DNA from: an uncultured Gammaproteobacteria bacterium
GTDB taxonomy: Bacteria > Pseudomonadota > Gammaproteobacteria > SZUA-229
DNA: 64,000 nucleotides
Reading direction: 5' to 3'
NCBI GenBank assembly: GCA_963711255.1
Contig: CAVQDO010000006.1
Span: forward strand, 1,491 to 65,490
Position 1 is the stretch's first letter; each line of letters opens with the position of its first letter. The position numbers were made by a program, and so were the translations under genes. The notes beneath the pieces are model-generated. The model searched no databases, was not told the origin of the DNA, and saw only the letters and a program-made list of their open reading frames with translations. Of this stretch, positions 1 to 9,877 are shown in pieces.

Positions 1-10
1 ATCCACCCTG

Positions 11-1201
11 ATGCGCCTCTACCTGTCACAACGGCAAATAAATTTTGTTACACAAAATCGCGAGAAAGTGCCCGAATCATTTGCCGAAAACATTTCACTG
101 GAAGATCACCAAAAAGCAGCAGACTACACCACTGCCAAAGTTAAGTTTGGACGCTTGCCGCTTTTCTATGAGGTAGCACTACTGCTTTTATGGACACTAG
201 GCGGCGGCCTGGACTGGCTGGACACCAATATTATTGCACTTGAACTTGGCCCAGTTCTTACCGGCATTAGCGTCATCCTTATATATACTTTAATCTCTTC
301 ATTGCTAGACCTGCCATTCTCTATTTACAGCACCTTTGTAATCGAAGAAAAATACGGCTTCAATCGCACTACCGTAAAAACCTTTATCATCGATATATTC
401 AAGGGCAGCCTGCTCGGCCTGCTTTTAGGCGTACCACTGTTATACGTTGTATTGTGGTTAATGGAACAGGCCGGTGACCAGTGGTGGATATACACCTGGA
501 TAGTCGTCAGTGGCTTCAGCCTGTTTATGATGTGGGTGTACCCGACGTGGATTGCGCCCATTTTTAATAAATTCGAACCGCTGGAAGAAGGTGAAACACT
601 AAACCGTATAACCAGCCTGCTAAATCGCTGCGGATTTAGCAGCAACGGTATCTTTGTTATTGACGGTTCCAAACGCTCCTCACACGGAAATGCTTATTTC
701 TCCGGTTTCGGCCGCAACAAACGCATCGTATTTTTTGATACCCTGCTAAAAATGTTAAGCGATGATGAACTGGAAGCGGTACTTGCGCACGAGCTTGGTC
801 ATTTCAAGAAAAAGCACATCATCAAGGGCATGGCTATTTCATTTAGCACAACATTGCTGGCACTGGCACTGCTCGCCTGGTTGATGAAATCCGAGTGGTT
901 TTATACTTCTCTGGGTATTACTCACACTTCAACCTATATGGCTCTGCTATTATTCACCCTGGTACTGCCGGTATTCACTTTTGTCTTTCAACCCCTGTTT
1001 AGTATCTTTTCTCGTAAAAACGAGTTTGAAGCTGATGCCTTTGCCGCTGAACAAACAGATGCCAGGTACCTGATACAGGCACTGGTTGGCCTGTATCGCG
1101 AAAACGCGAGCACATTAACACCAGATCCGATGTATTCGGCTTTTTATGATTCTCACCCGCCGGCACCAGTGAGAATTGCGCATTTAAATGCACAAACGTA
1201 A
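11..1201 (+). CDS. M48-family (Ste24/HtpX-like) zinc metalloprotease, multi-pass membrane protein; the 5' end may extend beyond the window start
   Basis: HELGH zinc-binding motif (HEXXH), several hydrophobic transmembrane stretches, C-terminal acidic-residue-rich segment typical of the Ste24 M48A subfamily; open frame upstream of the first Met to position 2. Confidence 0.75.
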   Translation: MRLYLSQRQINFVTQNREKVPESFAENISLEDHQKAADYTTAKVKFGRLPLFYEVALLLLWTLGGGLDWLDTNIIALELGPVLTGISVILIYTLISSLLDLPFSIYSTFVIEEKYGFNRTTVKTFIIDIFKGSLLGLLLGVPLLYVVLWLMEQAGDQWWIYTWIVVSGFSLFMMWVYPTWIAPIFNKFEPLEEGETLNRITSLLNRCGFSSNGIFVIDGSKRSSHGNAYFSGFGRNKRIVFFDTLLKMLSDDELEAVLAHELGHFKKKHIIKGMAISFSTTLLALALLAWLMKSEWFYTSLGITHTSTYMALLLFTLVLPVFTFVFQPLFSIFSRKNEFEADAFAAEQTDARYLIQALVGLYRENASTLTPDPMYSAFYDSHPPAPVRIAHLNAQT

Positions 1202-1234
1202 TCCACATCTAGAAACCATAAGCAGGATAAAATT

Positions 1235-1618
1235 ATGAACCTAAGAGTAACTCACCCATACAGAAGTTTTCTACTGGTATCTGTCATATGCTTAAGCACA
1301 GCTTCCTGCGCCAACGATGACAATGGCAACAACGCTGCCAGCAATACTGTTACTGAAAACACCGTTGTTGAAACAGCCACTATTGAAGATACCGATGAAA
1401 TCACTAACCAGATTGCTCACGGCGAGGAAACGCATTCTAATCACTGCTACAAATGCCATACAGACGATGTCTATAAACGAGAAGATCGATTTGTAAAATC
1501 GATAGATGCCTTAAGCAAACAGGTGGTTCGCTGCAAAGACGGCACCGGTGCACCATGGTTTGATGAAGACACCGATGCCGTTGTACAGTTTTTAAATAAA
1601 AAATACTACCGTTTCTAA
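1235..1618 (+). CDS. small putative lipoprotein with a single CXXCH haem-binding motif (candidate mono-haem c-type cytochrome)
   Basis: N-terminal signal peptide ending ...LSTASC (lipobox-like), Asn/Thr/Glu-rich linker, then CYKCH (CXXCH); 127 aa. Confidence 0.45.
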   Translation: MNLRVTHPYRSFLLVSVICLSTASCANDDNGNNAASNTVTENTVVETATIEDTDEITNQIAHGEETHSNHCYKCHTDDVYKREDRFVKSIDALSKQVVRCKDGTGAPWFDEDTDAVVQFLNKKYYRF

Positions 1619-1629
1619 GCAGTATACAA

Positions 1630-1980
1630 ATGACTGGGACAAACCTACAACTGGCCATTCAACAATGCAGGGAACTGCCTGCTGAAGACGGTGCATTGAA
1701 TAAACAGGAGTCAGCCAGCTTTTTTCGGCAATTAAGCCCGGAATGGCAGCTGGATCAGGATAATCAAACGATCAGTCATACCTTTACTTTCGAAAATTAT
1801 TATCAAACCATGGCATTTGTAAATGTCATTGCTCAAATAGCCCACCAGCAAAATCATCACCCCGACCTGCTTGTTTGTTACAACAAATGCACTGTCACCT
1901 ACAGCACGCACAGCGTCGGCGGTTTATCAATTAATGATTTTATCTGTGCCGCAAAAATTAATGCCGCGCAAAACCTTTAA
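1630..1980 (+). CDS. phhB: pterin-4-alpha-carbinolamine dehydratase (PCD/DCoH, PhhB-like)
   Basis: 116 aa; conserved FENYYQTMAFVNVIAQIAHQQNHHPDL...VTYSTHSVGGLSINDF aligns with PhhB/DCoH core (E-x-x-H-H-P motif). Confidence 0.8.
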   Translation: MTGTNLQLAIQQCRELPAEDGALNKQESASFFRQLSPEWQLDQDNQTISHTFTFENYYQTMAFVNVIAQIAHQQNHHPDLLVCYNKCTVTYSTHSVGGLSINDFICAAKINAAQNL

Positions 1981-1989
1981 GCTGTAAAT

Positions 1990-3018
1990 ATGGCAAAACG
2001 TAAGTTATCAAAGCAGCAACATCGGCGCATTGCTTCCCAGCAAAAAAATAAAATAATAGATGATGATATGCAGCTTGATGAGTCCAGCACTCAGACCGCT
2101 CGCGTTATCAGTCATCATGGCCGCCAGCTTTATGCTGAAATTTATGATGCTGAAAATCAGCCCCGTAAGATCAAATGTAAAATCCGGCAGAACCTGGGTG
2201 ATATAGCCTGCGGCGATTATGTCATTGTCCAGCAGATGCTAAGTGCTGACCAGGAAGCTCACTCAAGCGAGACTCAAAACGTTGTTGTTGCCGTCAAGGA
2301 AAGAAGCAACCTGCTGGTTAAAACCGGTTTTGGCGGCTCAGTAAAACCAGTGGCGGCTAATATCGGGCAGGTCGTTATTGTTACCTCAATACTACCAAAA
2401 CCCAATCCCTACCTGATCGACCGTTATTTAACCGCCGCTGAGAACCTGCCGGCAAAAGCGCTTATCATTATCAATAAAATTGAATTACTCGATGATAAGT
2501 CGAAAAAGGAAATTGAGAACTTAACCGCTTTATACCGAGAAATTGGTTACCATGTTATCTGCTCCAGCATGAAAAACAATATCGGGCTGGATGAAATATC
2601 AGATGCCTTAAGCAACACCACCAGCATACTTGTTGGCCTGTCCGGCGTCGGCAAGTCCTCTATCGTAAAAGCGATTCTGCCAAAAGAGGAAATCAAAATA
2701 GGTGAAACCTCGGAAGCGACCGGCGAAGGCAAACACACCACCACTGTCTCAGCCCTTTATCATTTAAAATGCAACGGCATTATAATTGACTCACCCGGTG
2801 TACGCGACTTCACCCCGATCAACAATAGTATTGATGAAATCAGCAATGGTTTTGCCGATGTAAGAAAATTTATTGGCGCCTGCAAGTTCAGTAACTGCAG
2901 CCACAAAAACGAGCCTGACTGCGCATTGAAACAGGCGGTAGCCAATGGCGCACTCAGTGAGCTGCGCTTTAACAATTACCTGCGGCTTATAGAAGAATAC
3001 CAGACACAGCAGGCATAG
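1990..3018 (+). CDS. rsgA: ribosome small-subunit-dependent GTPase A (RsgA/YjeQ)
   Basis: Circularly permuted GTPase motifs (GLSGVGKSS P-loop, VVIVTS), C-terminal zinc finger CKFSNCSHKNEPDC. Confidence 0.9.
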   Translation: MAKRKLSKQQHRRIASQQKNKIIDDDMQLDESSTQTARVISHHGRQLYAEIYDAENQPRKIKCKIRQNLGDIACGDYVIVQQMLSADQEAHSSETQNVVVAVKERSNLLVKTGFGGSVKPVAANIGQVVIVTSILPKPNPYLIDRYLTAAENLPAKALIIINKIELLDDKSKKEIENLTALYREIGYHVICSSMKNNIGLDEISDALSNTTSILVGLSGVGKSSIVKAILPKEEIKIGETSEATGEGKHTTTVSALYHLKCNGIIIDSPGVRDFTPINNSIDEISNGFADVRKFIGACKFSNCSHKNEPDCALKQAVANGALSELRFNNYLRLIEEYQTQQA

Positions 3019-3918
3019 CTATAAATTGCTGGCTACCGATTCAATGTTATCGGCCCGCACTCTGAAAGTAACAGATATTGGATTATGATCGGAAGAAGTA
3101 ACCTGCATAACCCGGTTGCTGACCGCTTCCAGCTGACGATAAAAAACGTGGTCTATTGCCATTCCAAAAAAATGTGTTTTATTATTTACCGGGTACTCGA
3201 TATCGGACAGTGACAACTTATCGACCAGCTGCATCACCTTCGCCATACGTGCTTCACTCCAGCTATTAAAATCACCGGCAACGATCATCGGCCCCTGGTG
3301 ATACCTGATCGCCTGGTACAGGGTTTCCAGCTGCTGCTGATAATCATCAATACCAAAAGTGAAATTGATGCCATGTATATTGGCCACCAGTAATTTTTCC
3401 TTTGAGCCAGCGATTGCATAATAACTAACCAGGGTCGCTTTAGGGATCCGGATCAGCGGTTCATTCTGCTTATATCCGCAACTGTGAATAACATCACTGT
3501 TGGCCAATGTCATTACCCCGGCAGCGTCACCATTCAACTGGAAGGCTGCATTCATCACCCAGTTGAAATCGTGTTTCAATAGCAGGCCGGATAACTCTTC
3601 ATCAAGCAATGCTTCCTGAATAGTCATCAGGTCATGACTGCTTGCATAAGCCGATAGATCCTGTTGCCAGTTATCGCCATTGCCTTTATATATGTTCCAG
3701 TTTAAAAATGCGATAGCGTCAGGATCAAGCCCTGCCTGCTGCTCATTTTTCACAGTCACAATCTCAGCTGGCTGACACGAGTGGTCACCGTTACGGGCAT
3801 CAACATGGTCGCCGGCCATATTGCTTGAAACAAACTGTAATCTATCACTATAAGAAACGCATGCTGTCAGCACGACAGGCAACACGAACAACAGCAATAA
3901 TCTGAACCTTAATCGCAT
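3019..3918 (-). CDS. endonuclease/exonuclease/phosphatase (EEP) family lipoprotein (YbhP-like)
   Basis: Signal peptide plus lipobox (VLTACVSY), EEP-like catalytic residues (GDFN, SDHNP); divergent from a ClsB-like PLD gene. Confidence 0.6.
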   Translation of the reverse strand: MRLRFRLLLLFVLPVVLTACVSYSDRLQFVSSNMAGDHVDARNGDHSCQPAEIVTVKNEQQAGLDPDAIAFLNWNIYKGNGDNWQQDLSAYASSHDLMTIQEALLDEELSGLLLKHDFNWVMNAAFQLNGDAAGVMTLANSDVIHSCGYKQNEPLIRIPKATLVSYYAIAGSKEKLLVANIHGINFTFGIDDYQQQLETLYQAIRYHQGPMIVAGDFNSWSEARMAKVMQLVDKLSLSDIEYPVNNKTHFFGMAIDHVFYRQLEAVSNRVMQVTSSDHNPISVTFRVRADNIESVASNL

Positions 3919-4062
3919 TAGATATTTACGTTACAATCAGTGTAAAGGAAAGGGTTATTATCCCACTAGTATGCGGGTAAAACAGGAAAACTCAAGGCTG
4001 GAACCGCTGTTACCCATGACAACCTCCCTGCAAAACAAAATTAACCCGGTAAAAACAGTAAT

Positions 4063-5325
4063 ATGATAAAAAGCGAAAACAAGTCCGGTTTTTATTTGCT
4101 GAGTGACAATACGGATGCTTTTGTCGCTCGCTTTGCGCTTGCCACTATCGCTGAAAAAACTCTCGACATCCAGTATTACATCATGCACAACGATGCCAGT
4201 GGTGAATACCTGGCCTACACTATTCTCAAAGCCGCAGACCGAGGCGTACATGTTCGCATACTGGTCGACGATATTAATTTATCCGGTCGCGACAGCCGCT
4301 TAAAAATGTTAAGCCAGCACGATAATATTGAAATATGTATTTTCAACCCTCTTTCAAATCGTGGCTGGCTTCGTCATATTGAATTAATAGTTAAACTAAA
4401 ACGTGCTGGCAGACGAATGCATAACAAGGCATTTATCGCAGACAGTTCCGTTGCCATTATCGGTGGTAGAAATATTGGTGATGAGTATTTTGACGCCAGG
4501 AGAGAAATTAATTTTGTTGATCTGGATCTATTAATCATAGGCCCTGTTGTTAACAATATAACAACCAGCTTTAACGCGTTCTGGAATAGCCAGTGGGCGA
4601 CTGCCATCGAAGATCTAAGCAAAACAAAAGTGGTAAAAGCTCAGCTCAAAGGCGTTCGCAGAAGGCTAACAGATAAATGGATGCGTGCAAAAAACTCAGA
4701 CTACTTTCATTCGTTACAACACGCTGACTTCACACAAAAGCTAATCAATAAAAAAATTCCATTTATCTGGAGCAGTGCAAAATTAGTCTATGACCTGCCT
4801 GAAAAGCTTATCGCATCACCTACAGACTCAAGCATCCACTTTGGTCCTAAAATAAACAAATACATCGATTCATCCAGCGAAGAAATATTAATTGCAACAC
4901 CCTACCTGGTACCTGGTGATACCGGGTTACAACGTTTAATAAAAAAACGACGACAGGGAACAAAAATTAAAATTTTAACAAACTCACTAGCAGCCACGGA
5001 TGTTATCGCCGTTCATGCAGGTTATAAAAAATATCGCGAAAAATTAATAAAAGCGGATATAAAATTATTCGAGTTAAAAGCTAATGCGCAACATCTGCAC
5101 TCCAAAACCAGAAAACTTCTAGCAGGATCCTCTAGTGCTAGCCTGCACGCAAAATACATGGTCATCGACAAACAATATGTATTTGTTGGTTCAGCCAATC
5201 TCGACCCGCGATCAAATGCACTAAATACAGAAATTGGTGTAATTATCGACAGCAAGGAACTGGCAGCGCAAGCAGTAGCTTTATTCAATGAAACGAGCTT
5301 CCTCCAAAAAACAGCCATCAACTAA
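4063..5325 (+). CDS. phospholipase D family protein, ClsB-like (cardiolipin synthase B-type; two HKD motifs, no TM helices)
   Basis: Two HKD motifs (HNKAFIAD...GGRNIGDEY and HAKYMVID...GSANLDPRS); ~420 aa, the size of E. coli ClsB/YbhO. Confidence 0.75.
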   Translation: MIKSENKSGFYLLSDNTDAFVARFALATIAEKTLDIQYYIMHNDASGEYLAYTILKAADRGVHVRILVDDINLSGRDSRLKMLSQHDNIEICIFNPLSNRGWLRHIELIVKLKRAGRRMHNKAFIADSSVAIIGGRNIGDEYFDARREINFVDLDLLIIGPVVNNITTSFNAFWNSQWATAIEDLSKTKVVKAQLKGVRRRLTDKWMRAKNSDYFHSLQHADFTQKLINKKIPFIWSSAKLVYDLPEKLIASPTDSSIHFGPKINKYIDSSSEEILIATPYLVPGDTGLQRLIKKRRQGTKIKILTNSLAATDVIAVHAGYKKYREKLIKADIKLFELKANAQHLHSKTRKLLAGSSSASLHAKYMVIDKQYVFVGSANLDPRSNALNTEIGVIIDSKELAAQAVALFNETSFLQKTAIN

Positions 5326-5496
5326 CATATGATGAAAAGACTAGTCCTGGGTAACAGAGGAAGATGGTGAAACAATAAAAACCTTTCGGAGAGCCTGGCG
5401 TCAGCCTGTTTAGAAAAGCAGTTGCTTTTATTTTAAGCCTGTTGCCATTTGAAAGCTTATTATAATTTGAAGCTGTATTATTCTTACAGCGGCTCA

Positions 5497-5961
5497 CTAA
5501 GCCTGCTTTCTACGGGATTTAAAAAAGCTTTGCAATAGTATACGGCTGTCTTCAGCCATAACACCCGGTACAACATCAAAGTTATGATTATGCTGATTCG
5601 CGTCCAGCAAATTGAATGCCCCGCCGAGAGCGCCAGTACGTGGCTCAGGCGCACCATAAACCACTTTTGATACACGTGCATGTATCATTGCGCCAACGCA
5701 CATGGAGCAAGGTTCAAGCGTGACGTACATGGTGGTGCCGGTAAGGCGATAATTATTGAGTTTCTGACCCGCTTCACGCATCGCCATAATTTCAGCATGA
5801 GAAGTAGCGTCATGACTTGAGATCGGCTGATTCCAGCCTTCGGCAATCAGCTCATCGTCTTTTACCAGAACCGCACCGACAGGTACCTCACCCGCAGCCT
5901 CGGCTTTACGCGCAAGTTCAAGCGCCAGTGACATCCACTTAATGTCAGCTTCTGTTTCCAT
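5497..5961 (-). CDS. tadA: tRNA-specific adenosine deaminase
   Basis: HAEIMAMREAG and PCSMCVGAM zinc-binding deaminase motifs; N-terminus WMSLALELARKA matches the TadA N-terminus. Confidence 0.9.
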   Translation of the reverse strand: METEADIKWMSLALELARKAEAAGEVPVGAVLVKDDELIAEGWNQPISSHDATSHAEIMAMREAGQKLNNYRLTGTTMYVTLEPCSMCVGAMIHARVSKVVYGAPEPRTGALGGAFNLLDANQHNHNFDVVPGVMAEDSRILLQSFFKSRRKQA

Positions 5962-5999
5962 ATAAAAACATATTTTTAGTTTGAGTGGTGTGATTTTTC

Positions 6000-6086
6000 G
6001 TTAGCTACAAGGCATAAATAGAAATGGAAACGGAGCGTACACAGGTACGTGAGTATTACATTTCTATTTATAACGCAGTAGCTAGC
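6000..6086. other. long imperfect palindrome with a nested perfect palindrome (cgtacacaggtacg) between guaA and tadA
   Basis: Arms ...ataaatagaaatgg / catttctatttat... and gtagcta; seen directly in the sequence. Confidence 0.5.
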
Positions 6087-6113
6087 GAAAAAGCGCATTA
6101 CTCAGGCTAAAAA

Positions 6114-7682
6114 TCACTCCCATTCGATAGTTGCTGGCGGCTTTCCTGATATGTCGTAGGTTACACGGGAAATGCCATCAACTTCGTTGATGATTCTAGT
6201 TGAGACATGGCCGAGGAAATCGTATGGCAGGTGTGCCCAGCGAGCCGTCATAAAATCAATGGTTTCTACCGCACGCAACGCGACAACATAATCGTATCGA
6301 CGGCCGTCACCCATAACACCAACTGATTTAACCGGAAGAAATACCGTGAATGCCTGGCTGACTTTATCGTAAAGATCGTTTTTATATAATTCTTCGATAA
6401 AGATATGGTCGGCCAGACGCAGCAGGTCAGCATATTCTTTTTTCACTTCACCCAGGATACGCACACCTAACCCCGGACCCGGGAATGGGTGACGGTAAAC
6501 CATATCAGCAGGCAGGCCAAGTTCAACGCCAATCTTGCGCACTTCATCCTTGAACAACTCGCGTAACGGTTCAACCAGTTTTAATTCCATATCATCCGGC
6601 AGACCGCCAACATTATGATGCGATTTAATCAGGTGTGAATTTTTGCTGCCGGCGGACTCAATGACATCCGGATAAATAGTTCCCTGCGCCAACCAGTTTG
6701 CATTGGGTAATTTACGCGCTTCTTCCTGAAAAATTTCGATGAAAACACGACCGATAATTTTACGTTTCTGCTCTGGTTCGTCTGCACCTTTGAGCTCTGC
6801 AAGAAAACGCTGCTCGGCATCAACACGGATCACTTTTACGCCCATGTTCTCGGCAAAGGTCGCCATTACCTGGTCGCCCTCGCGATGGCGCAGCAAACCG
6901 TTATCGACAAAGACACAGGTCAACTGGTCAGCAATCGCCTGGTGCAACAGGGCAGCAACAACAGAAGAATCCACACCGCCAGAAAGGCCCAGGATAACTT
7001 CGTCGTCACCGACCTGCTGACGAACTCGATCAATGTTATCTTTAATGATGTTGCCAGCAGTCCAGTCAGAGGCACAGCCGCAGATGCCGTGCACAAAACG
7101 CTCGATAATACGTTGGCCCTGTTTGGTGTGGGTTACTTCCGGGTGAAACTGTAAACCGTAGAAGTGACGCGATTCATCTGCCATGCCGGCAAATGGCGCA
7201 TTGTCGGTACTGGCAATGCAGTTAAAACCCTGCGGCAACTCATCGACTTTATCACCATGCGACATCCAGACATCAAGCATGCCAAAACCTTCAGCGGTAA
7301 CATGGTCTTCAATATCTTTTAACAGCTGGCTATGGCCCCTCGCCCGCACCTGTGCAAAACCGAATTCACGATGCGTTGACGCGGCTACTTTTCCGCCCAG
7401 CTGCGCAGCCATGGTTTGCATACCGTAACAAATTCCCAAAACCGGAACACCGGCTTCAAACACGTACTGGGGTGCAATCAGGGTATCGTTGGCATTAACC
7501 GATTCAGGCCCACCGGATAAAATAATACCGTTCGGTTTAAACGCTTTTATTTCTTCTTCTGTAAACCCAGTGTGATGAACCTCACTGTAAACACCGGCTT
7601 CACGCACACGGCGCGCGATGAGCTGCGTGTACTGCGATCCAAAGTCGAGAATTAATATACGATCAGAATGAATATCATGCAT
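6114..7682 (-). CDS. guaA: GMP synthase (glutamine-hydrolysing)
   Basis: N-terminal glutamine amidotransferase ([27 protein letters not shown]) plus ATP-pyrophosphatase SGGVDSS motif; 522 aa. Confidence 0.95.
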   Translation of the reverse strand: MHDIHSDRILILDFGSQYTQLIARRVREAGVYSEVHHTGFTEEEIKAFKPNGIILSGGPESVNANDTLIAPQYVFEAGVPVLGICYGMQTMAAQLGGKVAASTHREFGFAQVRARGHSQLLKDIEDHVTAEGFGMLDVWMSHGDKVDELPQGFNCIASTDNAPFAGMADESRHFYGLQFHPEVTHTKQGQRIIERFVHGICGCASDWTAGNIIKDNIDRVRQQVGDDEVILGLSGGVDSSVVAALLHQAIADQLTCVFVDNGLLRHREGDQVMATFAENMGVKVIRVDAEQRFLAELKGADEPEQKRKIIGRVFIEIFQEEARKLPNANWLAQGTIYPDVIESAGSKNSHLIKSHHNVGGLPDDMELKLVEPLRELFKDEVRKIGVELGLPADMVYRHPFPGPGLGVRILGEVKKEYADLLRLADHIFIEELYKNDLYDKVSQAFTVFLPVKSVGVMGDGRRYDYVVALRAVETIDFMTARWAHLPYDFLGHVSTRIINEVDGISRVTYDISGKPPATIEWE

Positions 7683-7718
7683 GGCGGTATTGTCTAAGAT
7701 TTATATTTAAAAAACTTT

Positions 7719-7875
7719 TTACCGCAGAGACGCGGAGATTATTAATTACTGTCATTGCGAGCGAAGCGCGGCAATCTCTGGCAGGCGACACTGCTGCTTT
7801 TGGAGATTGCCGCGCTTCGCTCGCAATGACGGAACAGTAAACTCTGTTCTCTGCACCTCCGCGTCTCTGCGGTAA
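7719..7875. repeat. nested-palindrome MITE/REP-like element, copy 1 (19-bp terminal inverted repeats ttaccgcagagacgcggag flanking a perfect 28-bp inner stem)
   Basis: TIR 7719-7737 / 7857-7875; inner arms gtcattgcgagcgaagcgcggcaatctc 7751-7778 and its exact reverse complement 7803-7830; lies inside the guaB-guaA spacer. Confidence 0.85.
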
Positions 7876-7881
7876 ATGCTT

Positions 7882-9339
7882 CTAAGAAGAACGGTAGTTC
7901 GGCGCTTCCTTGGTAATAGTCACATCGTGTACGTGAGACTCGGACATACCGGCACCGGAAATACGGACAAACTCCGGCTTACTGCGCATTTCATCCATAT
8001 TCTGACAGCCGACATAACCCATACTGGAACGCAGACCGCCCATCATCTGGTGAACGATTGTACCCATTGGGCCTTTGTAGGCAACACGTCCTTCAATACC
8101 TTCCGGTACCAGCTTTTCACTGCCTTCAGAACTATCCTGAAAATAACGGTCACTGGATCCCTGTTTCATGGCACCAATGGAACCCATGCCGCGGTAAGCT
8201 TTGTAAGAACGGCCCTGGAATAAAATGACATCACCCGGTGCTTCTTCGGTACCTGCCAGCATACCGCCAACCATAATACAGTAGCCGCCCGCAGCAATAG
8301 CTTTCGCCATATCACCGGAGTAACGGATCCCGCCATCAGCAATCAGCGGCACACCGGTACCCTCGAGCGCAGCGGCAACATTAGAAACCGCGGTAATCTG
8401 AGGCACACCAACACCGGCAACAATACGCGTGGTACAGATTGAACCCGGGCCAATGCCTACTTTTACACCATCAGCACCAACATCAACCAGCGCTCTTGCT
8501 GCATCGCCCGTGGCAATATTGCCACCGATAACCTGAACGTTATAATTCTTCTTCACCCACGCCACACGGTCCAGTACGGCCTGTGAATGGCCATGCGCGG
8601 TATCAACAACAATGACATCAACACCGGCTTTTACCAGGGCATCAACCCGCTCTTCTGTACCGGCACCCGTACCGACAGCCGCACCTACACGCAAACGGCC
8701 CTCACTGTCTTTTGCTGCGCTCGGGAAGTCGGTGGATTTCTGTATATCTTTTACCGTGATCATGCCGCGCAGCTTGAAATTATCATTGACCACCAGAACA
8801 CGCTCAATACGGTGCTCGTGCAGCAGTTTCAGCACTTCTTCTTTAGATGCGCCTTCCTGTACTGTGACCAGCTTGTCTTTCGGGGTCATCACTTCCGTTA
8901 CCGGCTTATCAAGGCCAGTCTCAAAACGCACATCACGGCTGGTGACCAGGCCAACCAGTTCATCGCCTTTAACCACGGGCATGCCGGAAATCCGGTAGCG
9001 CTCACGCAGTGCCATAACGTCACTGATGGTCATATCTGGAGAAACCGTCACGGGCTCGGTAATAACACCGCTTTCGTATTTTTTTACGGTATTAACTTCG
9101 GCGGCCTGCTGCTCAGGTGTGAGGTTTTTATGGACGATACCTAAACCGCCTTCCTGCGCAAGTGCAATAGCAAGACGGGACTCTGTCACTGTGTCCATTG
9201 CTGCCGACAGTAACGGGATATTCAGGGTAATATCGCGGGTGACTTTGGTCTGTAAAGAGACGTCTTTCGGCATCATTACCGAGTGCGCAGGAACCAGTAA
9301 AACATCATCAAAGGTTAAGGCTTCTTCGATTATTCGCAT
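7882..9339 (-). CDS. guaB: IMP dehydrogenase
   Basis: [21 protein letters not shown]-terminus, CBS pair, catalytic [11 protein letters not shown] loop; start placed at the conserved MRII (ATG at 9339) rather than the longer ORF start at 9411. Confidence 0.93.
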   Translation of the reverse strand: MRIIEEALTFDDVLLVPAHSVMMPKDVSLQTKVTRDITLNIPLLSAAMDTVTESRLAIALAQEGGLGIVHKNLTPEQQAAEVNTVKKYESGVITEPVTVSPDMTISDVMALRERYRISGMPVVKGDELVGLVTSRDVRFETGLDKPVTEVMTPKDKLVTVQEGASKEEVLKLLHEHRIERVLVVNDNFKLRGMITVKDIQKSTDFPSAAKDSEGRLRVGAAVGTGAGTEERVDALVKAGVDVIVVDTAHGHSQAVLDRVAWVKKNYNVQVIGGNIATGDAARALVDVGADGVKVGIGPGSICTTRIVAGVGVPQITAVSNVAAALEGTGVPLIADGGIRYSGDMAKAIAAGGYCIMVGGMLAGTEEAPGDVILFQGRSYKAYRGMGSIGAMKQGSSDRYFQDSSEGSEKLVPEGIEGRVAYKGPMGTIVHQMMGGLRSSMGYVGCQNMDEMRSKPEFVRISGAGMSESHVHDVTITKEAPNYRSS

Positions 9340-9506
9340 AACATTCCCGCTTGATTTTGAAAAGCCGCTCATTATAAGCGGTAGCGGCTTTGGGAACAAG
9401 ATTTGTTGCACTGTGAGGGTAAAATAATTCTACAATTTTTTGCTGTTTAATATATCAATTTAGGGTATAAATGGAGCTTCCATAAAACTACTTCCATGGA
9501 GATTGC

Positions 9507-9803
9507 ATGAAAATAATAAAACTCAGCCTTATTTCGCTTTTTAGCGCCAGTTTATTAAGCCCCGTTCTGGCACAGGCCAGCAGCTATGATGATGCGGTAA
9601 AAAGTGCTAAAGCCTCATTAGACCAGGCCAACGCGGTCAACTATGAATGGCGAGATAGCCGTAAACTGCTGAAAAAAGCTGACAAGCTAAACAAGGAAGG
9701 AAAAACGGACAAGGCGATGAAACTGGTCGCCGAAGCCAAGCAGCAGGGTGAGATGGCCGCTGCCCAGGCGAGTCTTCAATCAGGCGTCAGCGGCCCCAGG
9801 TAA
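9507..9803 (+). CDS. small secreted (periplasmic) helical protein of unknown function
   Basis: Sec signal peptide (…SPVLAQASS), Lys/Ala-rich 98 aa; followed by a strong rho-independent terminator. Confidence 0.5.
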   Translation: MKIIKLSLISLFSASLLSPVLAQASSYDDAVKSAKASLDQANAVNYEWRDSRKLLKKADKLNKEGKTDKAMKLVAEAKQQGEMAAAQASLQSGVSGPR

Positions 9804-9825
9804 CACCTGAACAGCCGCTCGCCAG

Positions 9826-9862
9826 GCCCGCAGACTCAAGACGAGCCTGCGGGCTTTTTTTA
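9826..9862 (+). terminator. rho-independent terminator after the small secreted protein gene
   Basis: gcccgcag...ctgcgggc stem followed by tttttttat. Confidence 0.75.
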
Positions 9863-9877
9863 TGCTTAAATTGGCCC

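Noticed and set aside
6000-6086. Calling the guaA-tadA palindrome a rho-independent terminator for guaA
   Set aside because: On the minus-strand transcript the U-run precedes rather than follows the hairpin, so it is kept only as a structural or regulatory candidate.
7719-7875. CRISPR array interpretation of the repeated palindromic elements
   Set aside because: There are only three dispersed copies tens of kb apart, no regularly spaced short repeats with unique spacers, and no cas genes in the window.
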